NCBI GenBank assembly: GCA_976551045.1
Contig: CDPCPM010000479.1
Location: forward strand, 62,001-126,000
Direction: 5' to 3'
Origin: Glaucostegus cemiculus
Lineage: Eukaryota
DNA length: 64,000 bases
Shown: one piece after another, positions 47,451-61,038 of the stretch
How the letters are laid out: every line of letters starts with the position of its first letter
Numbering within the stretch: position 1 is the stretch's first letter
Translations under genes and position numbers: made by a program
Notes under the pieces: generated by a model
Seen by the model: the letters and a program-made list of their open reading frames with translations, nothing else
The model's database searches: none
What the model was told of the DNA's origin: nothing

Positions 47451-50400
47451 GCTGCATGGTTCGATGATTTCTCTGGCACAGAATCTTTACTTCAGTGAAT
47501 TTCCAAAAACAAAACAAGCGGGATGATTTTACACTGCGCTCCCCGGCAAGCTCGATCAACCGATCAGGTGAATGCAAACTGCCGCTGACCTTGGGCTTCA
47601 GACGCTACCTGGAGGAGCGGAGAGTCCCACCTGGGGCAGGAGGGTCACCGCACCCCTCCCTGCTGGAGAATCGGCTGGTGGGCGGGCAGTCGCTAGACCG
47701 GCCTGAGCTCCAGGGCGAAGGCGCTCCGCCAGCCTCGGCAGGTAATCGCACACCAGAAATGTGTTTATTCCAGTTTGATGGTATTGGTGGAAAATCGATC
47801 ATTTAATAGATCATTTATTCCAGATTGAAGATAGTTGTCATGGAATAATATTATGTCACCTATATACATTTGGTAAACAGGCAGCAAATGGGGGTGGGGG
47901 GGGAGGAGGGGAGAGAAGACTCTTGTAACCAATTCACCCCCATACCCACATTGTAGAGAATGCAACACCCCGGCTGGTGACAGTTCGCCCGTACCCTTCT
48001 CCGTTCCTACAAGCTCGGAGGTGAGTGGTCAAGGAAAAAAATCGTCAAGAACTTCCCCCAATCCCCCCCACCCCCACAGTTAGCCTCATCCCCAAATTAA
48101 TGAACGTTTCAGCGGAGTTTGGGGGGGTACCTAGGGATGGCCCGGGCGCTGCTGACACCGAGCACCAGTGTCCTGGAGCCTTTGGGTGATGCTCGAACGG
48201 ACAAGGCAGTTAGTTGTCTTACTGTCGGTAACCCACCAATATTTCCAGGCTGGTGCGGGCAACTTTTGAGCATCTCCCGCACTCTTGGAGCAGAGTGACC
48301 AGGCGCCTCCGACAAGGCCCTCTCACCGCTCACTCAGTTGGGCTTTTTGCTTTTAGCGTCGGAACCCGGGCGCCTTTCGCGTTGAAAAAGCCTCCGTTGC
48401 ATTCTGTAAACACGCTGCAAACATCCTGGGGCAGTACTGAGACTGCAGACTGGAGCAGACTTCTGCTTACTCCACGCTGCTCGAGAGTCCAGAGCGGTGT
48501 TAAATCTGCCCTGCAGTGTGCCGGGGTCGGGGGAGAGTGACCCGGGTGACAGAGAGTTCAAATCAACCACTTAATAAAATGGTTAACATCAGGATTCCAT
48601 CGACCTTTTCTGCGTTTGAGCTGTTGAAAGCGATTCATAGGTGGCACGAGTCCACTTCTGGAGCATCACACACAGAGCGCTGGAGGAACTCAGCAGGTCG
48701 GGCAGCATCTGTGGAGGGAAAATAATCTGAGCAGCCGAGAAGTGTTCCGGGGGGGGGCAGTCGCATGGTCAGCCACAGACCACACGCTCTTCACACTTTA
48801 AGGACGTGGTACAAGCGGCGGGAGCTATCTCACACGAACAGCTCACGCGTGTGCCAGGCGGAACCCGAGCCAAGGAAAGCGGAGCCCACCTGAAGCAAAC
48901 AAAAAGCGACGGTGCAACTTCGTGTAAAAGTAAACAGACGATTCATCCGGAGGCTTGTACACACTCCGGGGACGTGCTTCGGAAGTGGTGGGGCAAGGGG
49001 GAGAATCGTAGAACTATGCGGGAGGCTGATCGACCCTTTGTAATGGTGCTAGCCCTTTGAATGAGCAATCTAATTACCATCGAACCGGTCTCCCAGTTCC
49101 GACGAGGTAGCTGATTGATCCGCGGCGAGTAATTTCATTATTTCAGTCCGATTTTTAGCTTTAAAGCAGGGTCTGTTAAGGCAGTTTTAGAAGAGTTTGT
49201 ATTATTAACGAACGGATCTGAGATGGCTTAAGTCTTACATTGTCATTTAGTAGGAAGGGATAAATTCCAAGATACTGTGCAATGTCCTGTCCTCGCTGCT
49301 TATGAGTTAATGAGCGGATCACACTAGTCATTTATGAAAGTTATTGTGAATGACATTTGACTTGGAAACGTGTTGATCCAATCCCATGTCGGGCACTTCA
49401 TTGGGGCTTCCGTAACCAGGAGCGCAAAAGGATGTCGTTTACTAATCCTCATACCCACTGGGACTGGACTTCAGGGCTGGGATGGCGGTGGGGTGGGGGG
49501 GATATGGGGGCGTGGGGAAGGGGATATTCCTAAACTTATAAAACAGACATTTCATGTTGTCTACAACAACGTTACCCATTATTGGCCCACTCTTGGTGCG
49601 GTCAATAACAGGTAAGGCGGGAGGGGCGGCTTGTGGCAGTGATGAGGCAGGCAGAGGCCCCACAATTGGCGACTTTTTAGAGCAGCCCTTTTGATAAAGC
49701 AACATTGTGGACCAGAACTTCACGGCGAGATTTCACAATTGGCTGAGCTGGGTGACGGCGCGTTTCTCTTAGACCTCGCGGTGTTGTACCTTCTGTTTTG
49801 CAAGCCGATTCCCTTGTGAGAGGGTTTAAAAATCCACGCAAGAAGCCCACAATTCTGACACACCCGCTGTCCCATATTAAGGACAAGTCCAGCTCCACCC
49901 AGCCGAAGATACTTAAAGTAAAATAGGGATTCAGAACAACAGTCAGGTGAAGGTCGCGGTCATTGGGCCAAGTTTACTGCAAAATGGAAAGGCAAACCCC
50001 ATTTGTTAAAGCAGAAAATGTTCCTATAAAGTGAAGAAAAAGTTAACGACTGTCGAAGTCCCCTTCTCCTCGTCTCCTTCCACAACATCGGGGGGGGTTG
50101 AGGGGGGAGGCTTCCAGTGCTGGGACCTACACGGCGAATGGTTGGGCGGTCAGTAGGACTCCCGGGGTCTGGCGGCCGGGGAAAGGGACTTGGGTAACTT
50201 CTGTTTGTGTTGCTATGATTAATGTGGCAAGGGGTAGACATCAGAGGGGGGGGGCGGTTAACTGTGGAGAGGAAAATCAAACTACTCACCCGAATTGCAA
50301 GTTACCACGTTAAAGAAAATGTTTAAGCAGCGCATGTGGGAGATGTAACATCCTCAGCGGGACTAGGCTTTGCTCCTGATGTTGGCAGTGTCAGGCTTCA

Positions 50401-51819
50401 CCATCCACACCAGCAACAGCCGCCCAGAACTTTCATCGTGAACTCTTGAACGAAGGTTGGTGTCTGGCACAAGTGGACCGGGCGTAGGGAACCTGGCTCA
50501 CCGTCGGACACGGATCTACATGTAAGTTCTTGGCTGTTTTGGCGAACAGTTCCGGGGTCGTTTGGAAACGACATCTTTTGATATCCTTAGGTGAGATGGC
50601 CGAGTTTTAATTCCAGGCGAGAAGCGGGCAGGTTGCGCAGGGTTCCTGATCGCCGGGCTGGGCTATAAAAGCGGCCACACAGCAAACACGCACATAGCTG
50701 GGACGGGAGAGGGATGGGGAGACAGCGCGTCAGGGCAGCTGATGGATAAACAGGGAAAACGGGATCAACTGGGCGCCGGGCCGATGTCAGGTAAACAAAT
50801 CCGAGAGTTCCGTTAGGAATGAAAGGCTCAGGATAAACAGTGAAAGCAATCTCACTCATGATGATATTTCTCTGTTGCTGCAGTTGGGGCGGTCTCCGGG
50901 AAGTTGCCAGTACTGATGTAGCTACGGGGGACTATCAACTCACCAGAACTTCTCGGTCCACTTATTCTGTGCATAACATTTTACTGTGGATCCTGCGGGA
51001 ATGGGGGGAATATTCCAGATTATGTGCATTTCAACTGAAATAAATCAAACCTTAAATTCCCACGTAATAACTTCGCCATCTTTTGTGGAAAAAAATGTGA
51101 TTATTAACTACTTTCTAATTGATGAGAATCTTTTGGATGTATTTCGTATAATGGAGATTATTTCAGCATTGGTGCACTTGCCACTTGGTGAGTTTGCAGT
51201 GGTTCTGTTTTTTTACCCAACAGTGTTCGTGATAGAAACACCGACGGATGTCCATTTTAGCGAATGGAAAGGTCAGGCAGATGCGTCAAAATAGAGTTGG
51301 GACCGGTTTCTCTGAAAAGACTTGGTCTACCTTTTCGTTGGTACATGTATCCGGGGAGTGGGAAATGGGCAAGAACGGGGGAATCGTCCATCTAATCTGT
51401 ATCACAAAAAAACGTGGAGCCTGTATTTTGTTGCAGGCAAGAGAGTTCCAACATGATCAATATGTAGCAATGAGTTCACGTTGGACAGCAGAGCTGTTTA
51501 CTGGGGGTGTGGCATGTGATGCTTCTCGGGGATTGTGATGGTTGATGTTTGTTTATGCCAATTGGGAGTGAATTAAAACAGTCACGTTATACAGATTTGT
51601 ATGGACGCGGGTCAGGTGGAACGGATCACAGATGTTGCCTGAGTGCCTGAATCTTTTCAGATTCTATTTCAGATTTACAGCATCTGCAGGTTTTCTTCAA
51701 CAAAAGTTGTTTCCGGTTCTAAACGACTCTCTTCTTCTGGAGTTTCCCGGTTGTCTGAATCCGGCCCGCTTTGCTGCGAGTTTCCTAACACACGGTATGA
51801 AAACATTGGAGATAAATAA

Positions 51820-52560
51820 GTTTGCTGATGATATTTAAAAAAAATAGCTGCCTGGTCGACAGTGAGGAGGAGCACTTTAGGCTGCAGGGAGATGTCGATG
51901 GTGTGGTCAGTCGGGCAAGGCAAAAAATAGCAAATGAAATGTGTTGTGGAGAAATGTGAGGATTGCATTTGCGAGCGGAACAAGGGGACGTGTGGTAAAT
52001 GGGAGGGTATTGAGCGGTGTGAAGGAAAATACACAGAATGTATGTTCATTGGTTCTTAAAGATCTGCCAATGCGTTGCGACTACAAAGGCATGTTGAATT
52101 GTTTCCTTTATTAGCCAAGCCTTCGGATATAAGAACTGAGGGATTGCAGTGGGACAGAATACAACACAAGACAGACCACAGCTTGGGGAATGCATGCAGG
52201 GTGTGATCGCTCCAGAGAGGATGCAGAGGATACTTCCCAGCACCGGAAAACTTTAGCTTAGAGGAAGGGATTCTTGGGGTTCTTTGGCCCAGAGGCTGAG
52301 AAAGAGTTGAGGTGCAGGCAAGGTACATGGGCCCAGAAGGTCAAAGTAGGAAGGACCTAATTCCTTCAGCATAGGGATCAAAAACCAAGGGGGTGTAGAT
52401 TAAAATAATTCTAGAAGGATTAGAGAGGAGACCAGGCTGTCTGAAAGGGTGGGAGGCGCTGAAATCCTCAGCACACATAAAGTATTTGGATGTGCTCTTT
52501 AAGAGCTGTAACCCTTGGGGCAGTGAACCAAGTGCTAACTGGTACAAGCAGAATCTATGA
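51820..52560 (+). mobile_element. Decayed CR1 (RT end to 3' UTR)
   Basis: aagtttgctgatgata (KFADD), gagaaatgtgag (EKCE), agaccacagcttg (RPQL) and gggtcaaaaacc-like 3' features. Confidence 0.65.
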
Positions 52561-53289
52561 TTAGGTCCTATGGATATTTTCATTTCATCTGCTTCACTTG
52601 AATACTGTTGGCACAAATTAAGTTCATAACATGTGTAATAAGATCTTAAAATCTTGGATTTTGATCTTGGACTTGGGATAACCCATGGAATATGTTTAGT
52701 TTTGAAACAGTAATTTAAAGGTCTGGACTTAAAAGATTGGAATTCAAATCCGAATATGACCTTTTGAGAAGTTGAATTTAATTCAAAACAAAATGGGGCC
52801 ACTTGGCCGCAACCAAGGCATTAGGACAGGGCCAGATGCAGGAAAATCTAGTCAACTCGCCAATGCCCTGCTCTGGGACGGGTGCCAGAAATCAGAGAGT
52901 TGCCCTGCAGATGAGTCGATTTAGTTGCATTCACATTTGCAGCCATCAGGCAGCGTTCAGTCTTTCTTCATCCCCAGCCTTTCATAGGACTGGTCATGCT
53001 AACAAGACTTACTCAGCAACAACAGCAGTACAGTTTCGGGAGAGACCCTGGGGCTCAACGTTTGTTCTTAATCTCACTGTGTCAGATTTTCAGGTCAAAT
53101 AATAATCCCCTCCTTCAACCATTGACTCAGCATCTTTTGTTCAGTACCACCTGGAGGAAGCAGACGGTTGCAATGGGACTATGTGAGGGACTTTCCTGTT
53201 TATCACCAAATGTGACTGGATAGTCTTGCCATTGACTGAGCTGGTCCAGTCCTGAGGGAGCTAATTGCTAAATTGTGACAGGTTACAGA

Positions 53290-53940
53290 TTAGATAACTG
53301 ACTGAAGAATCGACCTGCTTGACCTAGTCCTGTTGTAGATATCTCCAAACATGAAAGCATTGGCTGGAATGAGAACTGCACAGTGCTTGGGATGACCAAG
53401 TGGATTCTCTCCATTTTGGCATGTGCTGTTACCACAATGTTGCAAGATCTGGACAACACCTAGATTTGGTTTGAAAAGTGGGGAGTAATACTTGGCGCCA
53501 CCAGTGCCCAGCAAAACAATGTCATTCCCTTGACATTCAATGGCATTACCATCACAGACAGCTAACAACATTGAAGACAATGAGCCATTCCATTGATACA
53601 TCAATCACAAACCTGAACATCCTCCTTCTCCACCACCCATGATACAATCTACACTATTTACAGGCCACAGTGCAGCACTTCACTGAGGCTTGGCAAGACT
53701 CCCAAAACCAATGAATTCCACCATCAGGAGAGGACACAGGGAAAATCTTCACTTCCAGGATCCTGCCCAGCTCACTCAGCACCCCGATTAGGACATATAT
53801 CACCAGTCATTCATAATCCTGGCATTAAATCTTGGATCTTCCCATAAATTATACCACATTGATTATGTGGACCACAGCAGTTTAAAAGGGTTTCCACCAG
53901 GTCTTCAGGACATCTTGGGATAGGCAATAACCACAGGCAT
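53290..53940 (+). mobile_element. Decayed CR1/L2-group LINE 3' portion
   Basis: caagatctggacaac (QDLDN), cccttgacattcaatggcattaccatc and tail gggataggcaataa. The same tail appears reversed near 8965-9010. Confidence 0.5.
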
Positions 53941-54459
53941 CCTTTCAAAACCCACAACCTAAGAATGTGTAAATAATAAAAAAAAAGTTGTTGCTTCTGA
54001 TGCTATTGGACTCTGGGGAGTAATTGATTTTTCTGGTGGAACTGACAAAGGAAATATACCCAGCAAATCCTGTGATATAATAAAATGCGCATCCATTCAG
54101 ATAGGAACAGTCTGGTTCAGCTAAAAATCTTTTACATTTGCTCCTGGGATAATTGCTAACAACAGCCAAGAAAAGTCAGAATACATTGATAGTAATTGCT
54201 GATGCTGCAGGAGATTATAATTTGTTTGAACACTTAGAATTATTTGGATTGTGATGTCAGCAAATTTTTCAGAAAAAGATCACCAATTCTAAGAAAGTTC
54301 ATTTAATTACACTTCTGCCTTCACAGTTACCTAACTTGCAATGAGATTCTAAAGAAATTTCCATCCATGACCTGCAATGGACAGTGAGTTCTAGACATGG
54401 TCACAACAACATTACCACCATGACAGCAATTATTTATTCTATACATGGGATAGTTTCTG

Positions 54460-54780
54460 CCTGAAGGCACGTACCACCAGACGTAAGGACAGCTTCTTCC
54501 CCACTGTGATAAGACCATTGAATAGTTCCCTTATACAATGAGATGGACTATGACCTCACGTTCTACCTTGTTGTGACCTTGCACCTTATTGCACTGCACT
54601 TTCTCTGTAGCTGTGACACTTTACTCTGTACTGTTACTGTTTTTACTGTACTACATCAATGCACTTTGTACTAACTATGTAACTGCACTGTGTAATGAAT
54701 TGACCTGTACAATCGGTTTGTAAGACAGGCTTTTCACTGTGCCTCGGTACAAGTGACAATAATAAACCAAAACCAAACCA
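54460..54780 (+). mobile_element. Rex1/Babar-clade LINE 3' end
   Basis: ARTTRRKDSFFP followed by a 3' UTR ending gtgacaataataaaccaaaaccaaacca; same family as 61039-61521. Confidence 0.85.
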
Positions 54781-56229
54781 TGTCAAGCACAAACCTGGAA
54801 TATGTTCTGGGAATTGTTGGGAAATTACTCTGGGCCGTTTGTACCTTCCAAAAAGCAACACAGCTCGGCGATGGTAGAAGCCTATGAATGAGTTACATTC
54901 CTAACTTTGCACGAGAGAGACTGAAGCTGGAAAAAAGAATGTTGCTAAAAAATAATATGGCACAGGCGATTTTTCTTTAACAACTTTCATTCAAGCTCTA
55001 AACAGAATTTAAAAGTATGTGAAATTAAGTTATTGCACAGGTCGCCAGTATAACTCTAAATACTGGGCTGCCAGCCAGTCTCAAACGTGTTATATTATGA
55101 TTTATCAATATGACAGAAAACTAATGTCAATTTCAGGCCACTATGCACTCTCACGGTTAGTAACCAGCCTTATATTTTTATTAATGATCTGGATTCAGCT
55201 GTTGATATTAAAAGGGGGGAAATTATTTGGAAAGAAATGGGTTGTGTTGAATTTTCATCAGGTCATAACCTGAGGTCTTGTCCAAGTTCTCAATGTAACA
55301 AATTTTCCTAAGTTCATTGCCTCTTGATCCCTTCGGGCAAGATAACATCCTCTTAGGGTATCTGGGACAGCACATTTCTGAGGTCTCCTCCTGTCTGGGA
55401 GCATGACCTTCTGTTTGGATCAGTGCCAACTAGTCAGGTAAGCAGAGAAGTCATCTGGACATATTTGGCAAATTGAAGGTGAACTTTCACAGTGTGGAGA
55501 AGCTACTGTCCATCCTGGGGAGTTATTAAATGATTGTGTATCATCAATTGTGCCCTTCCTCTGTGTGAATCCCTTTAAAAATATGAAACAATTTTTGGGT
55601 TTGCTGTTGTAAATCACAGCTATAAAACATCCCTCATGGGTATGTGTGGCTATTGGATAAAATAGCTGTTGGATTGTTTGAACACTGACACAGCTCAGCA
55701 GTCAACTTGCACCAGGCTGCACACCAAGGCTTTGTGACACAGGTACTGAGCATGGAAATATAGGGTTGGCTTGTCTAACTTTTTCTTTAAACTGTGCCGT
55801 CTTTCATCACATTGCTGCTGTTTTTATGCTGAACTTGCAGTGTTGGCCGTATCCCCTATCCTGTGGCTCTGGACCAATCTCGTGCCACGGCCAGGAAACA
55901 GTATCCCACCTAATCCGACCAGCTGAAAGTCAACCATGAGATGACCGTTATTTTCTTTGATGTTGATTTAAACATTTGCAACTCACCCTGGAATGAGGGG
56001 GATCAGCAGTTAGCCTCCCCTCGCATCGTTCCAGTGTCTTTTAGCTGGAAGCTGTGTGAAAGTAGGACTGAAGAACCGTGGGTACCAAACTGTCCATCTT
56101 ATTGTGACAAATTCTAAACCTGGCATCAGAAGTGTAGCAGTGGAAGTAAAGAATTATTTGGATTACTTAAAAAAGTCTTCTGACTGGGGTAAACTTTTAT
56201 CTTCAGCAACTGTCACTGAAGAACAGAGA

Positions 56230-58720
56230 CCCGACATTTTCCTCTCCTTAGGCAGCATCTCAGGATTGAGGATGAGGAGAACTTTCTTTCATTCTTGTTC
56301 TTTGCATTCTGAGGTGATTGACTCAGGCAATATGGGAATGTCAAATCTACCACAGACGGGGCAGGGGATTTCCGTGGGTCGGGTGAGTTGGGTGGGTTGT
56401 GAAGTGGTGCACTGCTTCCATCATTTACCTGGGCTTCAATGTACTCCTGGCCAATGGACTCAAGGTTCTAAGCCAACCCAACTGCTCCTTCTCCACTTTG
56501 AATGATCATGGGCCAGGGATGTTTCAGTGGGAATGTTGTATTTTCAAGGAGACTTTGAATCTTTCCCACCTGGTAATCTTTTCCCATGAAAGAACTCAGA
56601 ACACAGTGTCCGCTTTAGGTGTCTATTGTTGTGTATGTGCCTGATGTGGCCTGCCCAACAGACTGACTGTGTGTAATTAGGACCTCAATGCTGGGGATGT
56701 TGACACTGAAATTGATTCAGTTAACTGTCCAGTGGATGTAGAGGAGACAGTACTGGTGGCATCTCGTCAGTGTGTTGAGGTGCCTGTTGTAGACAGTCCA
56801 AATCTCAAACACTTATATAAAGACAGGGGTCACTGCTGCCCAGTTGACCACAAGTCGTGCTGGGTTTGAGATCTGGATCTTCACATATCCTCTCTTTCCA
56901 AAGGCCGTGTTGGTGCACTGGTGGTGATGGTGAGTTTCATTATCAGTGCCTGCCTTTGCTGACGGGTGTTTTCCTGGGAAATGGTACATACTTCCCAATG
57001 CCTTGCCAGGAGACAATGATCCTCAGAGGGTGGTGTTGTACAGGAGGAGCACATTGGTACAGGAACTAGTTTTGTGGATGTTGAGAGGAAGGTCCATCCT
57101 CCCATACGCTTCAGTGAACAAGTCAATGACGCTTTGAGTTCAGCTTCCAAACATGTACAGACACGAGTGTTGTCTGTGCTCCAGAGCTCAAATTGGTTGG
57201 GGTGACCTTGGTTCTGGAACAGAAGCAATGAAGCTTGAACAGTTTCCCATTTGTTCTGTAAATTAATTCCTCTCCAGCGGGAAGCTTTTTGGACGGGAGG
57301 TATGGGATTGTGGTGAAGATTTTAAAAATTGTTGGTGTAATGATGAAACATTGCTTGACATTGGTCTACACGGGGATTGGCCCTGTTGTAAACCTGATGG
57401 TTAAGATCATGGTTTGCATATATTCATGAAATAACTTAATTTGAGAAGGATATTCCACAATTTGTCCCAGTTGACAGAGTCAAAGGCTTCAGTGAGGTCA
57501 AAGCACAAGTATAGTGTGGTGTGGCTCTTTGCATTTCCCCTTGAATTGTTGCACAGTGAAGATAAAGTCCACTGTGCCTTGGGATGGATGGAATCCATGC
57601 TACATCCTGAAGAGCAGTTCTCTGGCCACTGGGACGTGACAGCTGAGGAGGACCCTGAGGAGGATGTTCCCTGTGACAGGCAGCAGGGAGAGTCCTCTGT
57701 AGTTGCCAGTCATTTTGTTTCCTCTCTTGAAGATGGCCATGATGACGGCATCTCTGAGGTCCCCTGGAATATCTTCCTCTGCTCAGGTGTGGGTGATGCC
57801 ACTGTGGATTTATGACTGAAACTATCCACTGCCCATGGTAGGATCTCTGTTTCTGAGGTTATTTCTTTAGTTGGAGTATGGCTCTGTCCACGTCTCATCA
57901 GTCAGGAGTGGCAGCTAGAGTGGGTCAAATAGGCTGCTGTAGGATGAAGTCAAAGGCACACATGTCAAGGACAGATTTGCAGTTGAGGAGGTTTTGGCAG
58001 TGTCCCTGTCAGTGCATGCTGACTGCATCTCTGTCCTTCATGGGTTCACCTCCATTCTTGGCTCTCAGTTGGGTGCCTCATGTGTTTGGGACATGGATGG
58101 ACCTGCACATGCACACATCAAGTCCAGCTGCTGGGTTACAGGTTACAGGTTTTCTGCTGGAGGTGCTCTTATTGCTGCTTCTTTTCCCTTAAGGTGTGGT
58201 AGAACTTTGAATCCAGGAACACCTGGTATTTGAGTTAATTAACTTCTGGTTCTCATTTGTCAAACCTAATTGTTCTTGGGAGAGAAGGCAAGAATCTCTT
58301 CACAAGTGTGATCTGTGGTGGGCTCTCAGCAGTTCAGACCAAGGTACTGGGTACACCTGCTCCTGTGTGTTCCTAGAGAGCTTCAGCCCTGTGTTTCTTG
58401 TGGCAATGTTTCTGTTGGTGCTGATATTTTGGGGCCAGGTTGAGGGAGATTACAGAGTGGATTAGGAGGTGGTCTGTACAGCAGTCGTCAGTACCATGGC
58501 GTGGGCAATGCAGACATCTTTGCAGTCTCTCACTTAACAGATGCCAGTGTCTGGACTGGGGTGTTGCCATGGGGTCTTGTACTTTTCTCTTTGATGACAA
58601 GAGCATGCTTGAAGCAATTTGCCAGAAGAAGGACTCCACTGGATTAGCTTTCCCTTGCCAGAGGGTTGCTTTTTTTCCCATCCTGTTGATCCAGTTCAAG
58701 GGGGATCAAAATAACTAGAG
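56230..58720 (-). mobile_element. Decayed RTE-clade LINE (endonuclease end through RT and C-terminus)
   Basis: Frameshifted motifs in RTE order: SRHWHLL, GTDDCCTDHLLIHS, GNYRGLSLL, FDLTEAFDSVNWDKLWNILLK, DNETHHHHQCTNTAFG. Confidence 0.82.
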
Positions 58721-59575
58721 ACCAGATTCTACTGCATGCATGTTAATGTGCTGTAAGTGTACACAAGGGTTTGATACACTGAAGGTGAAATGTCAGGGTC
58801 CAGAGCTCTTGCTTAGTCACGCATAAATAAAATAGGTTGAACAGTGAAGAGATAAAGCTTTTGTCTGATGATCTGCATTAACTAGGTTTTAGGCTTTAGG
58901 ATAGAATATCAAAATATGCCAGCAGAGAGCAACACCAAACTAAAATTGATGCAACACCATACTTATAAAATGTGATTGTTTGTCATATCTGCTTTAGATT
59001 TTTATATTTTTATTTAACACTTACACTATACACAAATAATGATTAAACCATTGGAAACAAAACCATTATACCCAGGGGTAAGACAGTACACCTGAAACAG
59101 TATCAATGCTGTATGTCTTCATTCTGAATTCAACCAACTCACAGTCTGGGCTCCGACTTTAAAGTATCAAAAATTACCATGGAGCTGGAACTGAACTGGA
59201 CGGCACATTTCCTGCAGTACCTTCCATACCCACCGGCTGGGTGAGCTGCTGTTGCACCGAGCTCATTGTTTGAAGGCACAGAATGGGTCCAATCATCGGC
59301 TCAGGTCACAAGTGCATTGGATCAATCAACAAACAATACTGGGAGCATTTGAAGCGGTTACCTGACATGGTTTAATTGATTTCAGCAAATCATCCTAATG
59401 TTTCTGGAAAGGTGGGCACAATCTGGGAACCTTGAACAAAGTTTTTACATGTTTACCTCCCTTCAGCAAAGTTGCAGAATTTCAGCATTTGCAGTGTGGT
59501 CAGAGTCAGACTTACCTATTGAATGACCTTACCTTTGGCTCAGACCTATGACATGTTAAGGTGGAAGCATTAATT

Positions 59576-59627
59576 CCCTGCCACTTCTCCCCCTGCCACA
59601 CCTCCCCCTGCCACTTCTCCCCCTGCC
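59576..59627. repeat. 15-bp tandem repeat, about 3.5 copies of ccctgccacWYctcc
   Basis: Directly visible; G-tracts on the minus strand. Confidence 0.9.
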
Positions 59628-60047
59628 TAGGCTGCCCATGGGTCCAAATTCACTTTCCCTCTGGGTGATATCTGAATGGAATTTTTTAGTTTTTGAAATA
59701 TGGTTAGGAGATGTTGTCTTTCCTCAGAGTACTGATTATTGTCTAATTTACTAAATATCAACTTGTTAAGTCTTCTTCCTCTAGTATTTTACTGGAATGT
59801 TATATTAATTAGAGTTTCTTAGTGGCCCAGTGCACCAGACTTCTGTTTGTTCCACAACGGGCATATTTTCTTGAGCAACTACTGCTTCGAGAAGTAAAGT
59901 CCATTCTGTATGGAGGAACTATCTACTGATATGAACTTACAAACAAACCCAATGTAATCAGATAACTAAGGAATGAATTTAATGCTGACTATGTATTAAG
60001 ATCATTACATATTTCAAGTATTTGTAATGTGCACAAGTTATACTCTA

Positions 60048-60053
60048 TTTATT
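60048..60053 (-). terminator. CFAP77 polyadenylation signal (very short 3' UTR if used)
   Basis: AATAAA on the minus strand 36 nt after the TAA stop. Confidence 0.55.
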
Positions 60054-60089
60054 TGCAAGTTGAAGAAAATAGTTGGTTTAGGGATGGAT

Positions 60090-60212
60090 TTAGTCAAAGG
60101 CATAGACACCTTGCCCATTGGGACCACTCCTTGCTGCAGAATCCAGCCAGTTAGCTTTGAAAGCTGCCTGACGAGCTTCAGCACTCCGGAATGTATCAAG
60201 GTGAGGTCCAAT
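60090..60212 (-). CDS. CFAP77: Cilia- and flagella-associated protein 77, terminal coding exon (rest of the gene lies beyond the window end)
   Basis: IGPHLDTFRSAEARQAAFKANWLDSAARSGPNGQGVYAFD* aligns with the remembered human C-terminus [40 protein letters not shown]. Strong T-tract and tacag acceptor, phase 0; position and strand are as expected next to BARHL1. Confidence 0.88.
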   Translation of the reverse strand: MGPHLDTFRSAEARQAAFKANWLDSAARSGPNGQGVYAFD

Positions 60213-61038
60213 CTGTATAAAAAAAAAAGCAAAAGGTATATCAACGACAATGGTGTGTTTGGTTAGTCTGAAAAGATACACTGCCTGAAGAAATGATCTT
60301 CAATTTCCTGCCTGATGATTAGACAATAGTTCCCATGACCTGCAGCCCTTCAATTTATACAAACAGTTTCAATTTCATGATTTCACATCTGTCTGATTTT
60401 GAATTTTCAAGCCAAACTATTTTAGTTAACATAAATTATTGGTGGCAATGATTCAAATAACATAATCACCAGGTTTATAGCTGCTTACTTTAGATTCACA
60501 AAGCCTTTTAATAAGACTAAGTGAAAAATCAAGTTGAACTCTTCCCTTTAAAACATTGATGCTATTTCTCCTGAATTCTATGTTTTTTCTCTGTCCTCCA
60601 TTTTTAAAGCTATAAATTGTGAGATGTTTCTCAGGTTTTTCATTTCTCCATTCATAAGAGGAAGTGAAAATGTGATAGTAATTCAATGAAATGATGCAAA
60701 TTTCACCAAAAATCATATTACAAGAAAATGAAAATAATGAAAAACAAAGAGGTTGGTTTGACTGTAAAGGCTAGTCTACATCGTTTCATTGAAGGGGCTA
60801 GAAGAACAAATAATGCATTCAAGTAGAAAACTGGAATAAATTACACAAAATTGAAAAGAGCATTAAATAAATTCCACACTTTGGTGAGAAGAATAATGCC
60901 ACAATGACCACAGGAGAGATCATTTTAAGGTAACAGAACAACTTGAAGTGTTGCACCCAGGATGTTATTCTAACAAAGTACCGCAGCAGTGTCCTGGGAT
61001 GGCAATGTTTGGCTTCCAAAAATACAACCATCTTATGC

